From the NCBI GenBank assembly GCA_027316835.1, contig DAHVFW010000001.1, positions 20,550-84,549 of the forward strand: DNA of 64,000 bases, given 5' to 3'. Under the pieces are notes generated by a model. The model saw only the letters and a program-made list of their open reading frames with translations. It ran no database searches and had not been told where the DNA came from. Positions 21,660 to 30,922 of this stretch are shown here, piece by piece. Positions within the stretch are counted from its first letter, which is position 1, and the number at the start of each line of letters is the position of its first letter. The position numbers and the translations under genes are program-made. Origin of the DNA: Ferrovum sp. (GTDB lineage: Bacteria > Pseudomonadota > Gammaproteobacteria > Burkholderiales > Ferrovaceae).

Positions 21660-21688
21660 ATTATGGGTGCAGCGCGCTGCTCTGGCAA
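21660..21688 (-). promoter_or_regulatory. sigma70 promoter for glmS-pyrC with a palindromic spacer
   Basis: Minus strand TTGCCA-N17-CATAAT; the spacer contains the perfect palindrome GCAGCGCGCTGC (21669-21680). Confidence 0.55.
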
Positions 21689-21701
21689 CCACCTCCCGAA
21701 A

Positions 21702-22286
21702 TCAGGCAGTGATATCAGAACTCAGCGACTGACGTACGGATTCCTCCAGGACAAAATGAATCACCGGATATTCTGGGTGATTCACGCCTGCCGTCAACGC
21801 GGCCCCACTACGAACCGCGTTGCGTTGGGAGGGGGAAAGGGTATAACGCAAAAAATGAACTGCCGAAGTTTTTTCCGCGTTTTCCCGCTCCATGTCTTCA
21901 TCCGCCACAGGAAACACCGGTTCGAACCCATCCACTTGCAACCACAGGGCGCGTTCGATCCCTTTGAGGCGTACCAACATGCGCTGTCGTACGGGAACTT
22001 CAGCATATTCGATCAGGAGGGTAGCCTTCCAGTTATCTCCATCGGGAATCAGGGAAACGTAGGACTCCAACTCCTCCTGGATGGCCTCGGGTTCAAAAAT
22101 CTTTTCGATGCGCAACATTTCCTGTATCTGATACTGAACCGTCAAACGATCTTCAAACAACAGGGTCAAATGTTTCCCCACATGGACGGTCCGCTGTTTC
22201 TTGTGGGCCATGACCCGCGCCCGAAACTCCGGACGTTGTCGAGCGTAAGTTTCCAGCGACCATAAATCGGCAAGGGTCAGAGACAT
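21702..22286 (-). CDS. DUF3501 family protein
   Basis: LFEDRLTVQYQIQEMLRIE...LIPDGDNWKATLLIEY...KTSAVHFLRY pattern; follows rubrerythrin and an Fe-S oxidoreductase as in the known cluster. Confidence 0.88.
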   Translation of the reverse strand: MSLTLADLWSLETYARQRPEFRARVMAHKKQRTVHVGKHLTLLFEDRLTVQYQIQEMLRIEKIFEPEAIQEELESYVSLIPDGDNWKATLLIEYAEVPVRQRMLVRLKGIERALWLQVDGFEPVFPVADEDMERENAEKTSAVHFLRYTLSPSQRNAVRSGAALTAGVNHPEYPVIHFVLEESVRQSLSSDITA

Positions 22287-22287
22287 G

Positions 22288-23619
22288 TCATTCCTCCGGT
22301 AATCCATAAGCACGACGCAGCAACGTCAAAGGATGCGCCTGTGCCACTGCATCACCCATACCCTGGCCGATATGCCGGGTTGCAATGGGGCAATCCGAAA
22401 CCACCACATCCGGTTCGGCATCTTTCATTCGACTGAATACCGGTTTGCCGATTTTCATGGAAGCTTCGAAAAATTCCACTTTGACTCCCCAAGTCCCATC
22501 ATGGCCAGAGCAGCGTTCCACGGTTGTCACCGTGGTCCCCGGAATCATCTGCAAAAGATCGCGGGTACGCAATCCAATGTTCTGTACCCGCAGATGGCAG
22601 GGCACATGGTAGGAGACCCGTCCCAATGCTCGAGAAAAATCCGTCTTCCACAATCCTTCCCCATGACGGTCCATGAAATATTCAAAAGGATCGAAAAAGG
22701 CTCGAGCCACGCGCGCAACCGCTTCATCCTCAGGAAACAACAAAGGCAATTCCTGCTTGAACATCAGCACGCAGGAAGGAACCGGCGCCAGCAAGGCATA
22801 ACCGTCCCGCGCCAGCGCATCCAGTACGGGAATATTCTGATTCTTCAAAACTTCGACCCCGGCCAGATCACCCAATTCGAGACGAGGCATGCCACAACAT
22901 TTTTCCTGCGTCACCCACCGGACAGGGATTTCATTGTGCTCGAGGATTTTCAGCAGGTCCAAACCAATGCCCGGTTCATTGAAATTGGCATAACATGTGG
23001 TAAACAGCGCCACTTTTCCCGGCGTGTGCACGCCCGGGCGAGGAGTAAAGTTTTCGTTGGGTACGACACTCCGACGTAACGGGGGAGAAGCATAGACCGG
23101 TAACAGTCGGTCCCGGTGAATTCCCAAGGTATGATGCATGATCGCGCGGGTGAAACCGGATTGGTTGACCGCATTCACCACATCCACCACGATGGGAATC
23201 GTGGCCAGTCTGCCCAGGGCATCCGTACTGGCCAACAGTCTATCGCGCCATCTGGTTTTACCTGCACGAAACTGAATGGCCTTGGCCCGCAGCATGGTAT
23301 GAGGAAAATCCAGATTGAAGGGGTGAGGGGGGGTATAGGGACACTTGGTCATGTAGCACAGATCACAGAGATAACACTGATCCACCACATCCCACATAAC
23401 TTTGTTGGCAACCTCCTCAACCTTTCCCGAAGGCGTAGCGTCCACGGCATCGAACAACAATGGAAAAGCCTGACACAAACTGAAACAACGGCGACACCCC
23501 TGACAAATGTCAAAGATGCGGGTCATTTCCCCTTCAGTCTGCACCCTGTCCCAAAAATCGGCACTCTTCCAAGGCACCGGATGTCGAATGGGCGCTTCCA
23601 GATTACCTTCGCCAGTCAT
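22288..23619 (-). CDS. Rubrerythrin-associated Fe-S oxidoreductase (GlpC/HdrD-like, CCG domains)
   Basis: CQGCRRCFSLC and CYLCDLCYMTKCP Fe-S motifs; KCCGMP and CSGHDGTWG CCG-type motifs. Confidence 0.88.
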   Translation of the reverse strand: MTGEGNLEAPIRHPVPWKSADFWDRVQTEGEMTRIFDICQGCRRCFSLCQAFPLLFDAVDATPSGKVEEVANKVMWDVVDQCYLCDLCYMTKCPYTPPHPFNLDFPHTMLRAKAIQFRAGKTRWRDRLLASTDALGRLATIPIVVDVVNAVNQSGFTRAIMHHTLGIHRDRLLPVYASPPLRRSVVPNENFTPRPGVHTPGKVALFTTCYANFNEPGIGLDLLKILEHNEIPVRWVTQEKCCGMPRLELGDLAGVEVLKNQNIPVLDALARDGYALLAPVPSCVLMFKQELPLLFPEDEAVARVARAFFDPFEYFMDRHGEGLWKTDFSRALGRVSYHVPCHLRVQNIGLRTRDLLQMIPGTTVTTVERCSGHDGTWGVKVEFFEASMKIGKPVFSRMKDAEPDVVVSDCPIATRHIGQGMGDAVAQAHPLTLLRRAYGLPEE

Positions 23620-23635
23620 GAATCTTCCTTGTCGA

Positions 23636-24055
23636 TCAGTCCACCAGATTGTTCAAGGCCTGGCTGAAACGATTGGCATGGGAGCGTTCCGCCTTGGCCA
23701 GCGTTTCAAACCAGTCGGCAATTTCGTCAAAGCCTTCCTCTCTGGCCACTTTGGCCATGCCAGGGTACATGTCTGTATACTCGTGGGTCTCCCCTTCGAT
23801 GGCCGCTTTCAGATTCTGGCGACTGGACCCGATGGGCAGTCCGGTGGCAGGATCCCCCACCACTTCCATGTACTCCAGATGGCCATGGGCATGCCCTGTC
23901 TCACCTTCGGCCGTGGAACGAAAAACAGCGGCCACATCATTTTGCCCTTCGATATCAGCCTTGGCTGCAAAATACAGATAGCGTCGGTTGGCCTGAGACT
24001 CTCCGGAAAAAGCCGCTTTCAGATTTTCATGGGTTTGGGTACCTGCCAGTTTCAT
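23636..24055 (-). CDS. rbr: Rubrerythrin, short type without a rubredoxin domain (139 aa)
   Basis: [58 protein letters not shown] diiron four-helix motifs; ATG 24055 after AAGGAG. Confidence 0.95.
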   Translation of the reverse strand: MKLAGTQTHENLKAAFSGESQANRRYLYFAAKADIEGQNDVAAVFRSTAEGETGHAHGHLEYMEVVGDPATGLPIGSSRQNLKAAIEGETHEYTDMYPGMAKVAREEGFDEIADWFETLAKAERSHANRFSQALNNLVD

Positions 24056-24078
24056 GGTCTTGCTCCTTTGGTGAGAAA

Positions 24079-24093
24079 TTAGAATTAATCTAA
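24079..24093. promoter_or_regulatory. PerR-type operator (7-1-7 inverted repeat)
   Basis: Minus strand TTAGATT-A-ATTCTAA fits TTANAWTNATTNTAA; lies just downstream of the predicted rbr transcription start. Confidence 0.6.
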
Positions 24094-24103
24094 ACCTGTG
24101 AAA

Positions 24104-24132
24104 ACTATAGGGCAGTACGAAACGCTTGTCAA
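24104..24132 (-). promoter_or_regulatory. sigma70 promoter of the rbr operon
   Basis: TTGACA-N17-TATAGT; the -35 overlaps the rppH stop codon. Confidence 0.8.
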
Positions 24133-24614
24133 TCCTTTCGGGCCAACTCGAGAAACGAGGCCAGCTCCTCGAGAGCGGCCTGATACACTGCACGCTTGAA
24201 TTCCACCACACTTTCCATGGGGATCCAATAGGTATTCCAGCGCCAATCATCGAACTCCGGTTGTTGTGAAGCAGCCAAGGAAACATCCGAATCGCTGCCT
24301 ACCATGCGCAAAAGAAACCAGATTTGTTTCTGGCCCCGGTAATGGTTCCTCCAATCCCGCCGCAACCATTGGGAAGGAACGTCATAACGCAACCAGTCGC
24401 GGGTACGCCCCAGAATACGGACATGCTGAGACAATAACCCCGTTTCCTCCGCCAACTCGCGGTACATGGCCTGTTCGGGGGTCTCCCCCGCCTGAATCCC
24501 GCCCTGAGGAAATTGCCAGGCTTGCTGACGTACCCGTTTGGCCCAGAAAACTTCATTGTATTCATTACATAGAATAATCCCGACATTGGGTCGGTAACCT
24601 TCCCGATCGATCAT
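24129..24614 (-). CDS. rppH: RNA pyrophosphohydrolase
   Basis: [21 protein letters not shown], Nudix box [39 protein letters not shown]. Confidence 0.97.
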   Translation of the reverse strand: MIDREGYRPNVGIILCNEYNEVFWAKRVRQQAWQFPQGGIQAGETPEQAMYRELAEETGLLSQHVRILGRTRDWLRYDVPSQWLRRDWRNHYRGQKQIWFLLRMVGSDSDVSLAASQQPEFDDWRWNTYWIPMESVVEFKRAVYQAALEELASFLELARKD

Positions 24615-24651
24615 GCATCCCCCAACTGGCAAATCTCAAAGTGCTATTCTA

Positions 24652-25299
24652 TCAGGGGATGCCCAACCATTTATGGGTCTGCAGGGAAAGTTGCCAGCGC
24701 GGATGGGAACGACAATAAGACAAAGCGGCCTGCTCATGGCGCCGGTCTCCCCCCTCATCCAGCGGTTGCAGCAGAAAATGGCGAAAATTCAACGCCACGA
24801 ACCGTTCCGGTGGACAATCTGACTGCGGGTACACCAACTTCAATTCATCCCCCGTACACACTTGCAAAGGTTCCATACCCTTGGGACTGACGCAAATCCA
24901 GTCGATCCCCGGAGGCGGGAGCACCGTCCCGTTGGTTTCCACGGCCACCCCAAAGCCCCGTTCATGCAACGCACCAATCAAACCTTCATCCACCTGCAAC
25001 AAGGGTTCTCCTCCCGTCAGTACTACCCAGCGTCGCATTCTGTCCTCCACCGCCACAGTGTCCTCCCAGCAGCATTCGATCGCACTGGCCAAGGTATGCG
25101 CAGAATCGAACTTCCCTCCGCCCACGCCCTCCGTCCCCAGAAAATCCGTATCACAAAACCTGCAACGAGCCTGTGCACGATCCTCCGTTCGACCACTCCA
25201 CAAATTGCAACCGGCAAAACGACAAAAAACAGCTACGCGTCCTGTATGGCAACCTTCTCCCTGAAGAGTCAGGAATATCTCTTTGACACTGTAGGTCAT
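24652..25299 (-). CDS. queE: 7-carboxy-7-deazaguanine synthase (radical SAM, Burkholderia-type CX14CX2C)
   Basis: YSVKEIFLTLQGEG; C-NLWSGRTEDRAQAR-CRFC; TGGEPLLQ, ETNGT, VSPK, SLQTHKW. Confidence 0.96.
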   Translation of the reverse strand: MTYSVKEIFLTLQGEGCHTGRVAVFCRFAGCNLWSGRTEDRAQARCRFCDTDFLGTEGVGGGKFDSAHTLASAIECCWEDTVAVEDRMRRWVVLTGGEPLLQVDEGLIGALHERGFGVAVETNGTVLPPPGIDWICVSPKGMEPLQVCTGDELKLVYPQSDCPPERFVALNFRHFLLQPLDEGGDRRHEQAALSYCRSHPRWQLSLQTHKWLGIP

Positions 25300-25302
25300 G
25301 AT

Positions 25303-26328
25303 CTACCGAACGGGGCCAGTAATGGGCAAGGTCCAGATCTTTCCTGAACCGGGGGTGTCATACAGATCCAGTCGATCCAGAGTGGGCAACAGTGGACGGG
25401 TACGCGCCAGGACCCAGTCGAGCAGAGCCAGGGTGGTTCCTGCCGGAACCTTGTCATGCAGAGGCTGGTGATCCAATTCACGGTACAGGGGGTCAAACAG
25501 GCGTTTGACTTCTCCAAAATCCTGAGTCCAGCCCATCATTTCGTCCAGTGGCGCAGAAAGCCCCAGGCGCAAACGATAGGTATGCCCCCACAGCGCCCCC
25601 TCGGGAGAGCGCAGGGCACTGTCGAAACTTTGTTCCTTCCAGATGCGATAACGGGTACCATCAAAAGAACTACCGCTGGAAGCGGTTTCATACACGGTAA
25701 CTTGAGACAGTGCCTGTCCCTGTGCCTGCAAGCGAAACCAGATCCAACTGGCCAAAATTTCCGAGGTCGGAATATCCAGACCACTCAGTTCGTTCAGACA
25801 ACGTCCGTGCAAACGGGCATGCAACCTTTCCCATCGGGTTTTCAACTGCGCAGCCTGACCACCTTCCCAGGGGAAAAACAATACAACCTCGAATCCATGT
25901 CCATGCAAACGTCCACATTTATGTCCGGCGGGCACATTGGGAAGAAAATGCGCCGATTCGAAACGATCGCGCATCCATCCATGCAATCGTCCCGTCGTAT
26001 CACGCACCACCCCTTGCCGAGGGCCAGATGCCAAACATCCGTGACTGCCCGGAGCCAAATCCAGACGATCTTCGATCCAATGCCAGATCTCCGCATCATG
26101 CCGTTGGGAGAAAAGCACATCGAGGTCCTGATAATCCAGTTGCTCCACCACGTTGCTCAGCAGAACACCCAATCGCCCACTGCTGCTCTCGTCTTGCAGC
26201 GGATCGCATACTTCCACCCGAAAACTGTGCCCATGACGACGTTGTAAACGCGGGTCCGCCGCTCCGGTCACCTGTCGAGAAGCCTCAAAACCACGAGCCT
26301 GCCAGTCATGACGCGTCCCTGCTTTCAT
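25303..26328 (-). CDS. queD: 6-carboxytetrahydropterin synthase-like protein with three tandem T-fold (QueD) repeats
   Basis: Middle repeat [22 protein letters not shown]...PTSE...VYET is E. coli QueD-like; two degenerate flanking repeats; sits between queC and queE. Confidence 0.9.
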   Translation of the reverse strand: MKAGTRHDWQARGFEASRQVTGAADPRLQRRHGHSFRVEVCDPLQDESSSGRLGVLLSNVVEQLDYQDLDVLFSQRHDAEIWHWIEDRLDLAPGSHGCLASGPRQGVVRDTTGRLHGWMRDRFESAHFLPNVPAGHKCGRLHGHGFEVVLFFPWEGGQAAQLKTRWERLHARLHGRCLNELSGLDIPTSEILASWIWFRLQAQGQALSQVTVYETASSGSSFDGTRYRIWKEQSFDSALRSPEGALWGHTYRLRLGLSAPLDEMMGWTQDFGEVKRLFDPLYRELDHQPLHDKVPAGTTLALLDWVLARTRPLLPTLDRLDLYDTPGSGKIWTLPITGPVR

Positions 26329-27026
26329 GCCGTGATACCCGCATAGTGCACTCCCAAAGGATCCGGCACCCCCACCTGGGCAAATCCGCGGGCTCGCAAC
26401 AGGCAGGCATCACAATGTCCACAAGGGCGCCCTTCAGGGCCCGGATCATAACAACTGGTGGTCAGGCCATAATCCACACCCAGAGCCAATCCCTGCAGAA
26501 TGATGTCAGCCTTGGTCAGATTCAGAAGCGGTGCATGAAGCGTCAGGGGAGCGCCTTCAACTGCCCGACGGGTCGCCAGATTAGCCATCCGTTCAAAGGC
26601 GCTCAGATATTCCGGACGACAGTCCGGATAACCGCTGTAGTCCAGAGCATTGACCCCGATGAACAGATCCGACACCCCAAGTACCTCTGCCCACGCCAGC
26701 GCAAAAGACAGAAAAATAGTATTACGGGCGGGTACATAGGTCACCGGAATGGTATGCGCCTGATCGATATCACGATCCTTGGGAACCTCCTGTGTGGTCG
26801 TCAGGGCCGACCCCCCAATCGCACGCAGGTCGATATTGACCACAGAATGGTCGATCACTCCGGTTTGGTGGGCAATGCGCCGGGCACAGTCCAATTCATG
26901 AGCGTGGCGTTGGCCATAGGCAAAACTCATGGCGTACACGCCAAAGCCCTGTTGGCGCGCCATCGCCAGCACAGTGGCCGAATCCAGACCCCCGCTCAGC
27001 AGGATGACGGCGTTTCGCCCTACCAT
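26325..27026 (-). CDS. queC: 7-cyano-7-deazaguanine (preQ0) synthase
   Basis: [34 protein letters not shown]...CGHCDAC Zn motif; ATG overlaps the upstream stop (TGATG). Confidence 0.97.
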   Translation of the reverse strand: MVGRNAVILLSGGLDSATVLAMARQQGFGVYAMSFAYGQRHAHELDCARRIAHQTGVIDHSVVNIDLRAIGGSALTTTQEVPKDRDIDQAHTIPVTYVPARNTIFLSFALAWAEVLGVSDLFIGVNALDYSGYPDCRPEYLSAFERMANLATRRAVEGAPLTLHAPLLNLTKADIILQGLALGVDYGLTTSCYDPGPEGRPCGHCDACLLRARGFAQVGVPDPLGVHYAGITA

Positions 27027-28261
27027 CAGGCAAGTTCCCGAATCACTTCGGCAAGGCAAGTCTTTCCTTTGCCCGAACGTTTGGCCTGATACATGGCCCG
27101 ATCTGCCGCCAACAGCAATTCATTGGGGGTCCTCCCATGTAACGGAAATAGTGCCGCCCCCACGCTGGCTCCCAAGCGGCAGGTCTGCTGATTCAGGAGC
27201 ATGGGTTGCGAAATCGCTTCAATCAACCGGACACCCAACCTCAAAGCCCCCTCCATGGTAGCCTCGGTCGTGGAGAGAACCACAAATTCGTCGCCTCCGA
27301 GACGCGCCACAAATCCCGTTTTCCCCACCACTTCCCGTAAGCGTCCGGCCACGATCGCCAATGCCTGATCTCCCGCCTCATGATTCAGGGTATCGTTGAT
27401 CGGTTTGAAACCATCCAGATCCAGAAAAAACAGGCTGTACGTCCGGGCCTGCCCATGCAAACGCCCATGGATGTCATGAAAATGAGGGCGGTTGGGCAAA
27501 CCGGTCAGGGAATCGTGCAGCGCCAGAAAGTCGATGCGCTGGCGTGCCGCTTCTTCTTCGGAGACGTCCCGCACCATCCCGATGATCAAATTACCTTGCT
27601 GACGTTTCACTTCCGTCAAAGCCACCCTCATGGGAAAAACCTCTCCTGACACCCGCAAACCCAGAACCCGCTCGTCCTGCACGCCCTGTGCCGCAGATAT
27701 TCCACTCCATTGGTGGGGTACGACCCCCCCTCTTTCCGAGATCAGACGAGTCACCTTTTTCCCTACCATGTGGGTTGCGGGGTAGCCAAAAATCTTTTCT
27801 GCCGACTTATTATAACTTTGCACTGTGCCCGCTTCATCGGTGGTGATGATGGCCTCGAACGCGTTGTCCAGAATGGCAAAAAGGCTGTCCTGCAAAGTGG
27901 CAATGCGTTGCATGGAACGCATGCGTGCCTCTAATACTTCGAACACCACAGGTTTGATGAGATAATCGTCGGCCCCGGCATCCAGAGTAGACACGATTTC
28001 CTCCTTGGCCGACAAGGAAGTCATGATCATGACGGGAACCCAGCGTGTCCCCGCCATGGCCTTGATCCGCCGGGTTGCTTCCACCCCATCCATTTCGGGC
28101 ATGATCACGTCCATCAGTACCAAATCCGGCACCCGCGCCCGATAAGCCTCGACGGCCAAGCGACCATTCTGGACATAGGTCACTTCGTGGCCCTGCTGTT
28201 CCATGAACCGCTGAATCGGCAGCGAAGCTGCGCGCGAATCATCGACGAGGAGAACGTGCAT
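27026..28261 (-). CDS. Diguanylate cyclase, REC-PAS-GGDEF
   Basis: VDD...[10 protein letters not shown]...GADDYLIKP receiver; PAS ([10 protein letters not shown]); [32 protein letters not shown]; no RxxD I-site. Confidence 0.93.
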   Translation of the reverse strand: MHVLLVDDSRAASLPIQRFMEQQGHEVTYVQNGRLAVEAYRARVPDLVLMDVIMPEMDGVEATRRIKAMAGTRWVPVMIMTSLSAKEEIVSTLDAGADDYLIKPVVFEVLEARMRSMQRIATLQDSLFAILDNAFEAIITTDEAGTVQSYNKSAEKIFGYPATHMVGKKVTRLISERGGVVPHQWSGISAAQGVQDERVLGLRVSGEVFPMRVALTEVKRQQGNLIIGMVRDVSEEEAARQRIDFLALHDSLTGLPNRPHFHDIHGRLHGQARTYSLFFLDLDGFKPINDTLNHEAGDQALAIVAGRLREVVGKTGFVARLGGDEFVVLSTTEATMEGALRLGVRLIEAISQPMLLNQQTCRLGASVGAALFPLHGRTPNELLLAADRAMYQAKRSGKGKTCLAEVIRELA

Positions 28262-28320
28262 GCTGGCTCACTCCTGAGTGCGTACCATTGTGAAGTGACG
28301 CACATTGTAAAACATTCCTC

Positions 28321-28347
28321 GACCACTCAACCAATTTTCGAGTGGTC
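28321..28347. terminator. Inverted repeat between the PLP-fold gene and the cyclase (possible terminator or operator)
   Basis: GACCACTC-N11-GAGTGGTC; no clean U-tract follows. Confidence 0.35.
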
Positions 28348-28359
28348 CTTGCCGCCTGC

Positions 28360-29691
28360 CTATCCCATACGTGCGGCCTCAACCACGGTCCGATCGACCA
28401 ATTCCAGACCTCGATCCAGGGTTTGCGTTACACCATCGTCGGAAAGCATTTCCAACCAGGGAATCAGAAGACGCGCCCCCAGACAGAGGCGCAAAGCCCA
28501 GCGCTCATGTCTTTGTCCATCCCCCAACCGGACCGGTTGCCCCCAACGTCCCCGCACGTCGGACCCGGCCTGAGGCAAACGTCGATAAAGCGCCTCCAGG
28601 GCGCCTCGTTCCAAAGGCTCTCCTGCGGGTCCGCGTAATTCAAAAGGGAAAATGGTAGGGTGCACATCCCACAATCCCGGATCGCCACCTCGCTCCAGTC
28701 CTGGCACAGATTCCAAGGTCACGGCGGGCCAACGTCCGACCTGCTGTTCCAGCGCTGCCTGAAAGCGTGCCAGATAACTGCCCAATCTCTCTTTTGGAAC
28801 GACAGACCAGCGTTTCATTTCTGCCAGAGCCGCGACCCAGCGCAACAGGGCACCCACCCCCAATATTTGTTCACTCTTTCCGAAATCCTTGTAAAAGGCA
28901 CGGGAATACAACAATGCCCCAGAAAAAGGGGGACCTCCAACAAATTTTGATCCCGTAATGGTTACCGGCCAACCCCTATCCAGATAATCCTTCACCCTCG
29001 ACCAGGCAACGCGTAACTGACAAGCATCCACCAACACACGAAGTTGCTCCGGATAACGGGAGACCATCTCCCGTGTACCCTCCACACCTGGAACCACCTG
29101 CCCCGTCTTGGTCCCATCCGTCAGCACCAGCAATACCTCTCTACCTGACTTCAAACAATGAGCCACCCGTCCCCAGCACAACTCATCCCGCAGCGCTGAA
29201 GGAATCAATTCTCCGCTTTCCGTACGCACCGGCAAGGATATGACCTCTGCCACCGTACAACCCAAGGCATTCCGGAGCACTTCAGGGACCCGACTCCCTG
29301 TCTCGCTGCCCTGGCACAAAACCAGAACAGGAGTTTTCATCCGCCCCAGCAATTGCCGCCCCCCCTCGCCCAATGCCCCGCTCCCCGACGAATACAGGTT
29401 CGCTCCATAATGAGTTGCATCAAGCCCCATGACCTGTAACAGGTCTCCAGCCAGGACGTCTTGGATCCAGCGCCGATCCGGATTCTCTGCCACCGTGGGC
29501 CACCATTGTCGCAAAATCCGAAAACTCATCTGCGATAAAGCAGAAGCCGTAGCCGACCCCCATTCCCCCACCTCGTCCTGGGGAAAAGGAGATACCCCGT
29601 AGGCATTGACACCGGTCAGAGGATCGAGGTGCAGACGCGGATCGGCATCTTCTGCCAACAAACACGCAATGCGCCGATCAGTCAGCCGCAT
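28360..29691 (-). CDS. Uncharacterised protein with a PLP-dependent transferase (fold type I, class V-like) core
   Basis: VLVDACQLR and ITGSKFVGGPPFSGAL echo the VDAxQ / SxHKxxGP motifs of class V PLP enzymes; probable ATG 29691 overlaps the upstream gene (ORF track start 29853 is deep inside it). Confidence 0.6.
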   Translation of the reverse strand: MRLTDRRIACLLAEDADPRLHLDPLTGVNAYGVSPFPQDEVGEWGSATASALSQMSFRILRQWWPTVAENPDRRWIQDVLAGDLLQVMGLDATHYGANLYSSGSGALGEGGRQLLGRMKTPVLVLCQGSETGSRVPEVLRNALGCTVAEVISLPVRTESGELIPSALRDELCWGRVAHCLKSGREVLLVLTDGTKTGQVVPGVEGTREMVSRYPEQLRVLVDACQLRVAWSRVKDYLDRGWPVTITGSKFVGGPPFSGALLYSRAFYKDFGKSEQILGVGALLRWVAALAEMKRWSVVPKERLGSYLARFQAALEQQVGRWPAVTLESVPGLERGGDPGLWDVHPTIFPFELRGPAGEPLERGALEALYRRLPQAGSDVRGRWGQPVRLGDGQRHERWALRLCLGARLLIPWLEMLSDDGVTQTLDRGLELVDRTVVEAARMG

Positions 29692-30922
29692 CTTTCTCAA
29701 ACTGAACGGCGCCCGGCAGGCCTGGGGCAATATGGCGTGCATCCTCGAGCATCTGGCGAAAAGCCTGGAATACTTTCTGTATGGCGGGCCGTTTGTAAGG
29801 AAAGAGTTCCACGGGATCCATGGCATGGACCACGGCGCTACTGTCCGCTTCAAAAATCAACAATCGTCCATCCTGCAATTCGGCACAATCCAGTACCACA
29901 TAGTCCAAACCCAGTGCATGCTGGACGAGAGCCAGAGAATCCGCCTGACGATGGGCAAAGCCAGATTCAAAGTGTTCCATGAAGTGGGCTTCTTCTGCCC
30001 TTTTCTGCTCGGAACCCTCCATCCCTCCATTCAGGTAATGAACCATCCAATGGTCAGAAATAGCCAGATGACTGGCAAAAGGAACTCCCTTCACCAAAGC
30101 GATTCGGTATTTCCGGAATAAACCATCAGAACTGCGGTAATCCACAAAAGGGGAAACAAAAAATGCTTCTTCTTCATTCAGGGCCAAGTAGTCCCGCCAG
30201 CCGTCCATTTCGTCGATCTTCATGAGCCCTGTACCTGCATGGGAATCAATGGGGCGTACGATCACCGGATAGTCCCCTCCTCTATCCCGACCAAAGGCAT
30301 GCTCTTCTTGTGCCCACACTTCCAGGCTATGTCTTTCGACTCGCTGAGCCATCGGCGCCACAACCCCTGGAATTCCTGACAGGGTCAAAGCCACTCCATC
30401 CCGCGTCAATCCGGCGATCCGCGCCGGATGATTGAGCACGGGTCGAGGCCAATGAACCAGGGCCTGCCCCAGAGCCCGAAGCAAGGGAAGCGTTTTCTCG
30501 GATTCTCCCACTGCCACTATGGCCACATCGTGTTCCGGTATCTGAGACGGGAAAAGTAATTCGGGAGAAATGAATAACTGATGCAACTCGATGTCCGAAT
30601 CCTCCACCAGAAATTCCAGTGGCGTATTGGCATTCAACTCTCCGGGAACCATCAGAGCCAACAAACGCAGGGCAGGGGTCCGGGTTGCGGGCAACACATA
30701 GGTCTGTCGCTGACGCAACGCTTGCATCTGCAGGTCTCGCGCCATTTCGTGAAATCCTCGCAGATGCAAAAGGATGGCCAGATCCAGCAACACCTCTGCC
30801 CCCCCTTCATGGGGCGGGCGAGAGGCACGTTGAATCAGTTCCTGCCCCAGTTCCGTCAGATCTTCCCCGTGGTAAGTGCGCGTCATCAACCGTGCCAAAC
30901 CATGATATGTGACTGGATTCAT
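29678..30922 (-). CDS. ATP-grasp (RimK/GshB-like) enzyme with a helical N-terminal region
   Basis: YPVIVRPIDSHAGTGL, FVSPFVDY, FRKYRIALVKG, LDCAELQDGRLLIFEAD follow the ATP-grasp motif order; ATGA overlap with the decarboxylase. Confidence 0.7.
   Translation of the reverse strand: MNPVTYHGLARLMTRTYHGEDLTELGQELIQRASRPPHEGGAEVLLDLAILLHLRGFHEMARDLQMQALRQRQTYVLPATRTPALRLLALMVPGELNANTPLEFLVEDSDIELHQLFISPELLFPSQIPEHDVAIVAVGESEKTLPLLRALGQALVHWPRPVLNHPARIAGLTRDGVALTLSGIPGVVAPMAQRVERHSLEVWAQEEHAFGRDRGGDYPVIVRPIDSHAGTGLMKIDEMDGWRDYLALNEEEAFFVSPFVDYRSSDGLFRKYRIALVKGVPFASHLAISDHWMVHYLNGGMEGSEQKRAEEAHFMEHFESGFAHRQADSLALVQHALGLDYVVLDCAELQDGRLLIFEADSSAVVHAMDPVELFPYKRPAIQKVFQAFRQMLEDARHIAPGLPGAVQFEKDAAD

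Noticed and set aside
24652-27026. queCDE as part of a dpd-type DNA modification or defence island
   Set aside because: No dpdA/tgtA5, helicase or nuclease genes nearby; context is housekeeping
29678-30922. ATP-grasp protein as the replacement for the missing Ddl
   Set aside because: Lacks Ddl signature motifs and omega loop, and is coupled to a decarboxylase rather than to cell-wall genes
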